A DNA stretch of 64,000 nt from Nemertoderma westbladi (lineage: Eukaryota; Animalia; Xenacoelomorpha). The translations under genes were made by a program, and so were the position numbers. Of this stretch, positions 1-12,800 are shown one piece after another. Location of the stretch: contig JAUCBJ010005181.1 of NCBI GenBank assembly GCA_032718475.1, positions 17,657-81,656 of the forward strand. The letters are read 5' to 3'. Numbering within the stretch: the first letter of the stretch is position 1; every line of letters starts with the position of its first letter. The notes beneath the pieces were generated by a model that worked only from the letters and a program-made list of their open reading frames with translations, had not been told where the DNA came from and did not search any database.

Positions 1-867
1 GGTGACATGGTAACCCTAAACAACCAACTGGCGTAACAAGGAAGTTTTTGGTGAACCGGTATTGCAATTGCTGGTGTGTTATCATAGTAGGCCTAAATAC
101 CTGCAGGCTACAAACTGAGGATGAGACGGGTCTATCTACATTACTACATTCAAACTGCCTAAGCATAGCCGCGGCCTACTAACTGCAGAACTGGACAGCA
201 CTGGAATTATTGTCTTAATAATTACATAACAGCATTACATTACACACGCTCTCTCCTACAAAAAGTACATATAAATGACATACATACCGAACATTTGCCA
301 CACTCACTTCACCCAACATACAGACATAACAGAGAGAGAGAGAACAGACAGACGTCCACGTCGTACTAAATTACATACAGTTCTGACTGATATTCTGATC
401 AACCACATTGTTTTTCCATTGTGCTGTCGTGTTGCACCACTGCTAGTGTAGCTTACCCCGACGGGGGGGGGGGGGGGGGGGGAAATATTATAATATACTG
501 GTGCACATTCAGACCTTTTGTTGCCTCTATTTATTAATTTACTACATACTATTATTATTGCCGATGCCGATGCCGCTGCCGTTGGTATCAGCAGGTAGCC
601 GTGCACCGTGTGGCTGTGGCTGGCTACCTGCCTGCCTGCTGAAAACATACTGACATACACCAGTCAGTACACGACGCGACGCCCGTCAGCATGTACCAGT
701 ACGTAGTACTGTAGTAGGCCTACACAGCTCTGCAGCTGGACGGAGCACAGGAGCAAGTACAGTACTGTGTAGTGGACTGCAGCAGTAGTAGTGCTAGGAC
801 TTTGGACTGTTAAGACTGAGAGGCACTGTATTGCTGTACCTTACAGCCTTAGTTTAGTACCTACCAC

Positions 868-3800
868 ATGGGATACAGAAATCTGGTAATGGCTAATCAT
901 TTAACAAGTAGACGACTGGCCGCGCAAGAATTTCTACTGAACATCTCCCTTGATGGAATGGTAGCTTCGAGTCGTGATAATAACATCAGCGAAAACAGCC
1001 GAAATTCCGTCAATCTAGATTCAATTTACAAAGATCTTTATCGAGAGATTCCTCTTCCCTCACAAAACGCGAACGAACCAACTAATAAACTTAGCAAAAA
1101 CGATTCCAAGTCTGCTGGTAAACATTTGTCTGTAGACACCCAATGTTCTATAGATACGGGCACTTCCTCCGGTGCAACTAGTTGCCTCACAACGCCGGTC
1201 CCCCGGTACGCGCCGGGTCTATTCGTTCCCAAAATATGTTTCCTCCCCGACTCGAAACACAATCAACTCGCGCGAACCTTCAAAGACGAAGTCAACAATA
1301 AACAAGCGCGTATCGCCATGGCTACCCGGAACCGGAATCCCTATCTAGTCTACTCAATAATTGCCTACGCGAAGTCGGACAGGGGCGATAAACCCTCGAG
1401 GCATTATTCTATTGTGAAGCCGGTCGAGTCGTCTGGGAGCTGTGGAGGGCTGCTGGCCGGGGTCGAACTCGGTACCTCCACTAAGGTTGTTTCCTACGCC
1501 GACTACCTACAACCTACAACGTTGTGGCAGGATCACACCGACAAACTGCCGTTTTATCAGGAACAGGTTGGCTATAATTGCGACTTTGCCATAAGTTGTA
1601 TTATTGTCTTGTAGTAAAAGTTGTTTCATCACTGCTTGGCAGCTTGGAGACTGTTCAGCTGTAGGATGGCTAAAACGTCTGTCCTTATCTGATCTGATCT
1701 GATCAAATAAAATAAGCTATAAATCTTAAATTTGTTTTTAGCGGCTGGTGCCAAATTTTGGTGCCCCTGTGAAGAATACCGCCCATGTGAAGAATACCAG
1801 GATTTCACTTTTCGGTCGACTTTTACTGGAATTTTATTTATGAAGATTTTAAAATTTATCTTTATTGAGTGTATTATAGAGCTTATTTATGTCTTATAAC
1901 CTGTAAATATACTAATTTGTTTATTGTTTTGGTTATATTCAGCCGTTCTGTAACCTGTGTTTTTGGTGAAAACCTGGTATTCTTCACATGGGGGTAACTG
2001 CAAAGTGAAATATAACGGCAGAAAGTCTGGTATTCTTCGCCCATGTAAAGAATACCAGGATTTCACTCTTCGGTCGATTTTTTATTGGTCGATATTTTTT
2101 ATTAAATTTATCTTTATTAAGTGTTTTATGCGCGTGCGCGATGTCCTTTATTTTTTGAGGGGGATGATCTATTGATCAGTCAGTCGGACGGTCAGTAAGA
2201 AGGTGGGTGTAAACAAGCCGACGCGGTAACCTGCTCCTTTCCCTCAATTTGTAGGTAAAACGTCGTTTATTGTTTTGGTTAGAAATTACAGCCGCTGTAA
2301 CCTGCTCTTTTCCTTCAATTGGAAGGTAACAACAACGTTTATTAATTCCCACATTCCCATCCACCTTCCCATATTCCTTCATCGTCTGAGTATAAACTCC
2401 ACTGTATCAGCTGGCAATATGGGGCATGTTAAGTGTTTCGTCATATACAATACATACACACTACACAGTAGGCCTAGAGAGATACCCCTTCCTGCCTTCC
2501 CTTTAGCTGTTTAGCGTAACAAACAAACAATAAATATTTTAAATGTAATGTATTAATAAGTATCAATACTTAATTAATAATATTAATTATAATTAATATA
2601 ATTAACTTTAAGGATTAATAGTGATAACTATTAACAATAAAGATTTACGAAAATATTGCAGCAAAGGCTGTATTGTTTTTAATACCGGTAAATGTTTAAT
2701 GTTTCAACACCAACTAAATCTACGAAAGTTGTTTACAACTGAAACTATCCATCTCTGCTGGGACAATCACACAACTTTCATACCCGCCATCCTTCATCCT
2801 ATATCACATTTTTTATATATATTAATATGCCTTTGTTCATTAGATGCATACCGGTATGCCTGTACTGCTATGTCATATGATGATAATACTGATACATAAA
2901 CAGGCAACGTGAAACGTGATCCCCTATTCAGCTATTGGTTATTTATCTAACAGACAGTTAGGTAAATATTATATCTCTTTCTCCTGATTGGTTAGGCCTA
3001 TAGGATCAGATGCTGTCAGATCAGATCAGATAAGGACAGACGTTTTATTCTACCTCGTTCAGCTGTTAGGCCTACCAATAAGAACCAGACATGCTAAGTG
3101 TAGCCTGTAATGTAGGGTATTGCTGTATTGGGAAGCTGGACAATTCCATAAATTAACATACGGTTTTGGGACAATTAATAGTCTCATAAAGGGGTATAAT
3201 TACTTATTGAGGGAAAGGAGCTAGTTACAGAGGCAGGCTTTTCTAACCAAAACAATAAACGGCCACTTTACTGCTTTCCCAATTGAGGGAAAGGAGCAGG
3301 TTACTGAGGCGGGATTTTCTAACCAAAACAATAAACGGCGACTTTACTGCTTTACCAATTAAGGGAAAGGAGCAGGTTACTGAGGCGGGATTTTCTAACC
3401 AAAACAATAAACGCCCACTTTACTGCTTTACCAATTGAGGGAAAGGAGCAGGTTACAGAGGCAGGCTTTTCTAACCAAAACAATAAACGGCCACTTTACT
3501 GCTTTACCAATTGAGGGAAAGGAGCAGGTTACCGGGTACTGAGGCGGGATTTTCTACCCAAAACAATAAACGGCCACTTTACTGCTTTCCCAATTGAGGG
3601 AAAGGAGCAGGTTACTGAGGCGGGATTTTCTAACCAAAACAATAAACGGCCACTTTACTGCTTTACCAATTAAGGGAAAGGAGCAGGTTACTGAGGCGGG
3701 ATTTTCTAACCAAAACAATAAACGGTCACTTTACTGCTTTACCAATTAAGGGAAAGGAGCAGGTTACTGAGGCGGGATTTTCTAACCAAAACAATAAACG

Positions 3801-6800
3801 GCCACTTTACTGCTTTACCAATTGAGGGAAAGGAGCAGGTTACAGAGGCAGGCTTTTCTAACCAAAACAATAAACGGCCACTTTACTGCTTTACCAATTG
3901 AGGGAAAGGAGCAGGTTACCGGGTACTGAGGCGGGATTTTCTAACCAAAACAATAAACGGCCACTTTACTGCTTTCCCAATTGAGGGAAAGGAGCAGGTT
4001 ACTGAGGCGGGATTTTCTAACCAAAACAATAAACGGCCACTTTACTGCTTTACCAATTAAGGGAAACGAGCAGGTTACTGAGGCGGGATTTTCTAACCAA
4101 AACAATAAACGCCCACTTTACTGCTTTACCAATTGAGGGAAAGGAGCAGGTTACAGAGGCAGGCTTTTCTAACCAAAACAATAAACGGCCACTTTACTGC
4201 TTTACCAATTGAGGGAAAGGAGCAGGTTACAGAAGCAGGCTTTTCTAACCAAAGCAATAAACGATCACTTTACCACTTTAGGGAAAGTAGCAGGTTACTG
4301 AGGCGGGATTTTCTAACCAAAACAATAAACGATCATTTTACCAATTGAGGGAAACATGGTCAGACAGTCAGTAGTCACTCTATAAGTACTGAAGTATAAC
4401 CAAACCAAATCAGGCAGTCAAGCAATAGGTACCGGTACGCAGTTGTAGAATGACAATTAGAAACGGCTGAAAAGGTCGCTCCCCAAAGTGACAAGACCCC
4501 CATAAAATATTATTTTTAATAATAACACTATATATTTCTTAGTTCGAAATGAATCCGCTACATTTCCTTAAGGATCGTTACGGATCCCAGCTAAACGTAT
4601 CCGATCCGTTACAATTCTACGATCCAACCTACCTCGACGACCCGTTACTCCAGAGCGGCAAACACAAAACCGTATGCAACTTCAGCTCCTACACCGTCTC
4701 TTTCATAGACTACGCGAAACCATGCGAACTCAAGAAGTCCCTCAACGCCAAGTTCAGGTCCCAGTTCCCGGGGATACAACTCTCGCTCACAAAGATACGG
4801 AGTCTCAAAAGGGAACTGGTTCGTATCGGTTCCTCGTGCGGTGTGGAACTAGCCGTAGTCGCACAGGGGTTCGTTTATTTCGAGAAGGTTGTGTTGCAGC
4901 AACGGGTGACGAAACAGAATAGAAAACTCGTAGCTGGTAGGTTAGGGAACAGAAAACTCGTAGCTGGTTGGTTAGGGAACAGAAAACTCGTAGCTGGTAG
5001 GTTAGGAAACGGAAAACTCGTAGCTGGTAGGTTAGGGAACAGAAAACTTGTAGCTGGTTGGTTAGGGAACAGAAAACTCGTAGCTGGTAGGTTGGGGAAC
5101 AGAAAACTCGTAGCTGGTAGGTTAGGGAACAGAAAACTTGTAGCTGGTTGGTTAGGGAACAGAAAACTCGTAGCTGGTTGGTTAGGGAACAGAAAACTCG
5201 TAGCTGGTAGGTTAGGAAACGGAAAACTCGTAGCTGGTAGGTTAAGGAACAGAAAACTCGTAGCTGGTAGGTTAGGAAACGGAAAACTCGTAGCTGGTAG
5301 GTTAGGAAACGGAAAACTCGTAGCTGGTAGGTTAAGGAACAGAAAACTCGTAGCTGGTAGGTTAGGAAACGGAAAACTCGTAGCTGGTAGGTTAGGGAAC
5401 AGAAAACTTGTAGCTGGTTGGTTAGGGAACAGAAAACTCGTAGCTGGTAGGTTGGGGAACAGAAAACTCGTAGCTGGTAGGTTAGGAAACGGAAAACTCG
5501 TAGCTGGTAGGTTAGGAAACAGAAAACTTGTAGCTGGTTGGTTAGGGAACAGAAAACTCGTAGCTGGTAGGTTGGGGAACAGAAAACTCGTAGCTGGTAG
5601 GTTAGGGAACAGAAAACTCGTAGCTGGTAGGTTGGGGAACAGAAAACTCGTAGCTGGTAGGTTAGGGAACAGAAAACTCGTAGCTGGTAGGTTGGGGAAC
5701 AGGAAACTCGTAGCTGGTAGGTTAGGAAACGGAAAACTCGTAGCTGGTAGGTTGGGGAACAGAAAACTCGTAGCTGGTTGGTTTAGGTAAGAGAACAGAA
5801 AACTCGTAGCTTGTAGGTTAGGAAACAGAAAACTCGTAGCTGGTAGGTTAAGGAACAGAAAACTCGTAGCTGGTAGGTTAGGAAACGGAAAACTCGTAGC
5901 TGGTAGGTTAGGGAACAGAAAACTTGTAGCTGGTTGGTTAGGGAACAGAAAACTCGTAGCTGGTAGGTTGGGGAACAGAAAACTCGTAGCTGGTAGGTTA
6001 GGGAACAGAAAACTCGTAGCTGGTAGGTTGGGGAACAGAGAACTCGTAGCTGGTAGGTTAGGGAACAGAAAACTCGTAGCTGGTAGGTTGGGGAACAGAA
6101 AACTCGTAGCTGGTAGGTTAGGAAACGGAAAACTCGTAGCTGGTAGGTTGGGGAACAGAAAACTCGTAGCTGGTTGGTTTAGGTAAGAGAACAGAAAACT
6201 CGTAGCTTGTAGGTTAGGAAACAGAAAACTCGTAGCTGGTAGGTTAGGGAACAGAAAACTCGTAGCTGGTAGGTTAGGGAACAGAAAACTCGTAGCTGGT
6301 AGGTTAGGAAACGGAAAACTCGTAGCTGGTAGGTTAGGGAACAGAAAACTCGTAGCTGGTAGGTTAGGGAACAGAAAACTCGTAGCTGGTTGGTTAGGAA
6401 ACGGAAAACTCGTAGCTGGTAGGTTAGGGAACAGAAAACTCGTAGCTGGTAGGTTAGGGAACAGAAAACTCGTAGCTGGTAGGTTAGGAAACGGAAAACT
6501 CGTAGCTGGTAGGTTGGGAAACAGAAAACTCGTAGCTGGTAGGTTAGGAAACAGAAAACTCGTAGCTGGTAGGTTAGGGAACAGAAAACTCGTAGCTGGT
6601 AGGTTGGGGAACAGAAAACTCGTAGCTGGTTGGTTAGGGAACAAACTCGTAGCTGGTAGGTTAGGGAACAGAAACTCGTAGCTGGTAGGTTAGGAAACGG
6701 AAAACTCGTAGCTGGTAGGTTAGGAAACAGAAAACTCGTAGCTGGTAGGTTAGGAAACGGAAAACTCGTAGCTGGTAGGTTGGGGAACAGAAAACTCGTA

Positions 6801-9800
6801 GCTGGTAGGTTAGGAAACGGAAAACTCGTAGCTGGTAGGTTAGGGAACAGAAAACTCGTAGCTGGTAGGTTAGGAAACGGAAAACTCGTAGCTGGTAGGT
6901 TAGGGAAACAGAAAACTCGTAGCTGGTAGGTTAGGGAACAGAAAACTCGTAGCTGGTAGGTTAGGGAACAGAAAACTCGTAGCTGGTAGGTTAGGAAACG
7001 GAAAACTCGTAGCTGGTAGGTTAGGAAACAGAAAACTCGTAGCTGGTAGGTTAGGAAACGGAAAACTCGTAGCTGGTAGGTTGGGGAACAGAAAACTCGT
7101 AGCTGGTAGGTTAGGGAACAGAAAACTCGTAGCTGGTAGGTTGGGGAACAGAAAACTCGTAGCTGGTAGGTTAGGAAACGGAAAACTCGTAGCTGGTAGG
7201 TTGGGGAACAGAAAACTCGTAGCTGGTTGGTTTAGGTAAGAGAACAGAAAACTCGTAGCTTGTAGGTTAGGAAACAGAAAACTCGTAGCTGGTAGGTTAA
7301 GGAACAGAAAACTCGTAGCTGGTAGGTTAGGAAACGGAAAACTCGTAGCTGGTAGGTTAGGGAACAGAAAACTTGTAGCTGGTTGGTTAGGGAACAGAAA
7401 ACTCGTAGCTGGTAGGTTGGGGAACAGAAAACTCGTAGCTGGTAGGTTAGGGAACAGAAAACTCGTAGCTGGTAGGTTGGGGAACAGAAAACTCGTAGCT
7501 GGTAGGTTAGGGAACAGAAAAGTCGTAGCTGGTAGGTTGGGGAACAGAAAACTCGTAGCTGGTAGGTTAGGAAACGGAAAACTCGTAGCTGGTAGGTTGG
7601 GGAACAGAAAACTCGTAGCTGGTTGGTTTAGGTAAGAGAACAGAAAACTCGTAGCTTGTAGGTTAGGAAACAGAAAACTCGTAGCTGGTAGGTTAGGAAA
7701 CGGAAAACTCGTAGCTGGTAGGTTAGGGAACAGAAAACTCGTAGCTGGTAGGTTGGGGAACAGAAAACTCGTAGCTGGTATGTTAGGAAACAGAAAACTC
7801 GTAGCTGGTAGGTTAGGGAACAGAAAACTCGTAGCTGGTAGGTTAGGGAACAGAAAACTCGTAGCTGGTAGGTTAGGAAACGGAAAACTCGTAGCTGGTA
7901 GGTTGGGAAACAGAAAACTCGTAGCTGGTAGGTTAGGAAACGGAAAACTCGTAGCTGGTAGGTTGGGGAACAGAAAACTCGTAGCTGGTAGGTTAGGGAA
8001 CAGAAAACTCGTAGCTGGTAGGTTGGGGAACAGAAAACTCGTAGCTGGTAGGTTAGGAAACGGAAAACTCGTAGCTGGTAGGTTGGGGAACAGAAAACTC
8101 GTAGCTGGTTGGTTTAGGTAAGAGAACAGAAAACTCGTAGCTTGTAGGTTAGGAAACAGAAAACTCGTAGCTGGTAGGTTAGGAAACGGAAAACTCGTAG
8201 CTGGTAGGTTAGGTAACAGAAAACTTGTAGCTGGTAGGTTAGGAAACGTAAAACTCGTAGCTGGTAGGTTAAGGAACAGAAAACTCGTAGCTGGTAGGTT
8301 AGGGAACAGAAAACTCGTAGCTGGTTGGTTAGGGAACAGAAAACTCGTAGCTGGTAGGTTAGGAAACGGAAAACTCGTAGCTGGTAGGTTAGGGAACAGA
8401 AAACTCGTAGCTGGTAGGTTAGGGAACAGAAAACTCGTAGCTGGTTGGTTAGGAATCGGAAAACTCGTAGCTGGTAGGTTAGGGAACAGAAAACTCGTAG
8501 CTGGTAGGTTAGGGAACAGAAAACTCGTAGCTGGTTTGTTTAGGAAACAGAAAACTCGTAGCTGGTTTGTTTAGGAAACAGAAAACTCGTAGCTGGTAGG
8601 TTAGGAAACGGAAAACTCGTAGCTGGTAGGTTAGGAAACAGAAAACTCGTAGCTGGTAGGTTAGGAAACGGAAAACTCGTAGCTGGTAGGTTAGGGAACA
8701 GAAAGGTCGTAGCTGGTAGGTTAGGAAACAGAAAACTCGTAGCTGGTAGGTTAGGAAACGGAAAACTCGTAGCTGGTAGGTTAGGAAACGGAAAACTCGT
8801 AGCTGGTTGGTTAGGGAACAGAAAACGTGTAGCTGGTAGGTTAGGAAACGGAAAACTCGTAGCTGGTAGGTTAGGGAACAGAAAACTCGTAGCTGGTTGG
8901 TTGGGGAATAGAAAATTTGTAGCTGGTAGGTTAGGAAACGGAAAACTCGTAGCTGGTAGGTTGGAGAACAGAAAACTCGTAGCTGGTTGGTTTAGGTAAG
9001 AGAACAGAAAACTCGTAGCTTGTAGGTTAGGAAACAGAAAACTCGTAGCTGGTAGGTTAGGAAACAGAAAACTCGTAGCTGGTAGGTTAGGAAACGGAAA
9101 ACTCGTAGCTGGTAGGTTGGGAAACAGAAAACTCGTAGCTGGCAAGTTAGGAAACAGAAAACTCGTAGCTGGTAGGTTATGGAACAGAAAACTCGTAGCT
9201 GGTAGGTTGGGGAACAGAAAACTCGTAGCTGGTAGGTTAGGGAACAGAAAACTCGTAGCTGGTAGGTTGGGGAACAGAAAACTCGTAGCTGGTAGGTTAG
9301 GGAACAGAAAAGTCGTAGCTGGTAGGTTGGGGAACAGAAAACTCGTAGCTGGTAGGTTAGGAAACGGAAAACTCGTAGCTGGTAGGTTGGGGAACAGAAA
9401 ACTCGTAGCTGGTTGGTTTAGGTAAGAGAACAGAAAACTCGTAGCTTGTAGGTTAGGAAACAGAAAACTCGTAGCTGGTAGGTTAGGAAACGGAAAACTC
9501 GTAGCTGGTAGGTTAGGGAACAGAAAACTCGTAGCTGGTAGGTTGGGGAACAGAAAACTCGTAGCTGGTATGTTAGGAAACAGAAAACTCGTAGCTGGTA
9601 GGTTAGGGAACAGAAAACTCGTAGCTGGTAGGTTAGGGAACAGAAAACTCGTAGCTGGTAGGTTAGGAAACGGAAAACTCGTAGCTGGTAGGTTGGGAAA
9701 CAGAAAACTCGTAGCTGGTAGGTTAGGAAACGGAAAACTCGTAGCTGGTAGGTTGGGGAACAGAAAACTCGTAGCTGGTAGGTTAGGGAACAGAAAACTC

Positions 9801-12800
9801 GTAGCTGGTAGGTTGGGGAACAGAAAACTCGTAGCTGGTAGGTTAGGAAACGGAAAACTCGTAGCTGGTAGGTTGGGGAACAGAAAACTCGTAGCTGGTT
9901 GGTTTAGGTAAGAGAACAGAAAACTCGTAGCTTGTAGGTTAGGAAACAGAAAACTCGTAGCTGGTAGGTTAGGAAACGGAAAACTCGTAGCTGGTAGGTT
10001 AGGTAACAGAAAACTTGTAGCTGGTAGGTTAGGAAACGTAAAACTCGTAGCTGGTAGGTTAAGGAACAGAAAACTCGTAGCTGGTAGGTTAGGGAACAGA
10101 AAACTCGTAGCTGGTTGGTTAGGGAACAGAAAACTCGTAGCTGGTAGGTTAGGAAACGGAAAACTCGTAGCTGGTAGGTTAGGGAACAGAAAACTCGTAG
10201 CTGGTAGGTTAGGGAACAGAAAACTCGTAGCTGGTTGGTTAGGAATCGGAAAACTCGTAGCTGGTAGGTTAGGGAACAGAAAACTCGTAGCTGGTAGGTT
10301 AGGGAACAGAAAACTCGTAGCTGGTTTGTTTAGGAAACAGAAAACTCGTAGCTGGTTTGTTTAGGAAACAGAAAACTCGTAGCTGGTAGGTTAGGAAACG
10401 GAAAACTCGTAGCTGGTAGGTTAGGAAACAGAAAACTCGTAGCTGGTAGGTTAGGAAACGGAAAACTCGTAGCTGGTAGGTTAGGGAACAGAAAGGTCGT
10501 AGCTGGTAGGTTAGGAAACAGAAAACTCGTAGCTGGTAGGTTAGGAAACGGAAAACTCGTAGCTGGTAGGTTAGGAAACGGAAAACTCGTAGCTGGTTGG
10601 TTAGGGAACAGAAAACGTGTAGCTGGTAGGTTAGGAAACGGAAAACTCGTAGCTGGTAGGTTAGGGAACAGAAAACTCGTAGCTGGTTGGTTGGGGAATA
10701 GAAAATTTGTAGCTGGTAGGTTAGGAAACGGAAAACTCGTAGCTGGTAGGTTGGAGAACAGAAAACTCGTAGCTGGTTGGTTTAGGTAAGAGAACAGAAA
10801 ACTCGTAGCTTGTAGGTTAGGAAACAGAAAACTCGTAGCTGGTAGGTTAGGAAACAGAAAACTCGTAGCTGGTAGGTTAGGAAACGGAAAACTCGTAGCT
10901 GGTAGGTTGGGAAACAGAAAACTCGTAGCTGGCAAGTTAGGAAACAGAAAACTCGTAGCTGGTAGGTTATGGAACAGAAAACTCGTAGCTGGTAGGTTGG
11001 GGAACAGAAAACTCGTAGCTGGTTGGTTAGGGAACAGAAACTCGTAGCTGGTAGGTTAGGAAACGGAAAACTCGTAGCTGGTAGGTTGGGAAACAGAAAA
11101 CTCGTAGCTGGTAGGTTAGGAAACGGAAAACTCGTAGCTGGTAGGTTGGGGAACAGAAAACTCGTAGCTGGTAGGTTAGGAAACCGAAAACTCGTAGCTG
11201 GTAGGTTAGGGAACAGAAACTCGTAGCTGGTAGGTTAGGAAACGGAAAACTCGTAGCTGGTAGGTTGGGAAACAGAAAACTCGTAGCTGGTAGGTTAGGG
11301 AACAGAAAACTCGTAGCTGGTAGGTTAGGGAACATAAAACTCGTAGCTGGTAGGTTAGGAAACGGAAAACTCGTAGCTGGTAGGTTGGGGAACAGAAAAC
11401 TCGTAGCTGGTAGGTTAGGAAACAGAAAACTCGTAGCTGGTAGGTTAGGGAACAGAAAACTCGTAGCTGGTAGGTTAGGGAACAGAAAACTCGTAGCTGG
11501 TTGGTTAGGGAACAGAAACTCGTAGCTGGTAGGTTAGGAAACGGAAAACTCGTAGCTGGTAGGTTGGGAAACAGAAAACTCGTAGCTGGTAGGTTAGGAA
11601 ACGGAAAACTCGTAGCTGGTAGGTTGGGGAACAGAAAACTCGTAGCTGGTTGGTTAGGGAACAGAAACTCGTAGCTGGTAGGTTAGGGAACAGAAACTCG
11701 TAGCTGGTAGGTTAGGAAACGGAAAACTCGTAGCTGGTAGGTTAGGGAACAGAAAACAAACTCGTAGCTGGTAGGTAAGAGAACAGAAAACTCGTAGCTT
11801 GTAGGTTAGGAAACAGAAAACTCGTAGCTGGTTGGTTAGGGAACAGAAAACTTGTAGCTGGTAGGTTAGGAAACGGAAAACTCGTAGCTGGTAGGTTAGG
11901 GAACAGAAAACTCGTAGCTGGTTGGTTAGGGAACAGAAAACTTGTAGCTGGTAGGTTAGGAAACGGAAAACTCGTAGCTGGTAGGTTAGGGAACATAAAA
12001 CTCGTAGCTGGTAGGTTGGGGAACAGAAAACTCGTAGCTGGTAGGTTAGGGAACAGAAAACTCGTAGCTGGTTGGTTAGGGAACATAAAACTTGTAGCTG
12101 GTAGGTTAGGAAACGGAAAACTCGTAGCTGGTAGGTTAGGGAACAGAAAACTCGTAGCTGGTAGGTTAGGGAACAGAAAACTCGTAGCTGGTTGGTTAGG
12201 GAACAGAAAACTCGTAGCTGGTTTGTTTAGGAAACAGAAAACTCGTAGCTGGTAGGTTAGGAAACGGAAACTCGTAGCTGGTAGGTTAGGAAACGGAAAA
12301 CTCGTAGCTGGTTGGTTAGGGAACAGAAAACTTGTAGCTGGTAGGTTAGGAAACGGAAAACTCGTAGCTGGTAGGTTAGGGAACAGAAAACTCGTAGCTG
12401 GTAGGTTAGGGAACAGAAAACTCGTAGCTGGTAGGTTAGGGAACAGAAAACTTGTAGCTGGTAGGTTAGGAAACGAAAAACTCGTAGCTGGTAGGTTAGG
12501 GAACAGAAAACTCGTAGCTGGTAGGTTAGGGAACAGAAAACTCGTAGCTGGTTGGTTAGGGAACAGAAAACTTGTAGCTGGTAGGTTAGGAAACGGAAAA
12601 CTCGTAGCTGGTATGTTAGGGAACAGAAAACTCGTAGCTGGTAGGTTGGGGAACAGAAAACTCGTAGCTGGTAGGTTAGGGAACAGAAAACTCGTAGCTG
12701 GTTGGTTAGGGAACATAAAACTTGTAGCTGGTAGGTTAGGAAACGGAAAACTCGTAGCTGGTAGGTTAGGGAACAGAAAACTCGTAGCTGGTAGGTTAGG

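Noticed and set aside
304-660. 118-aa minus-strand ORF and other short ORFs antisense to genes or elements
   Set aside because: Low-complexity or shadow frames with no recognisable motifs.
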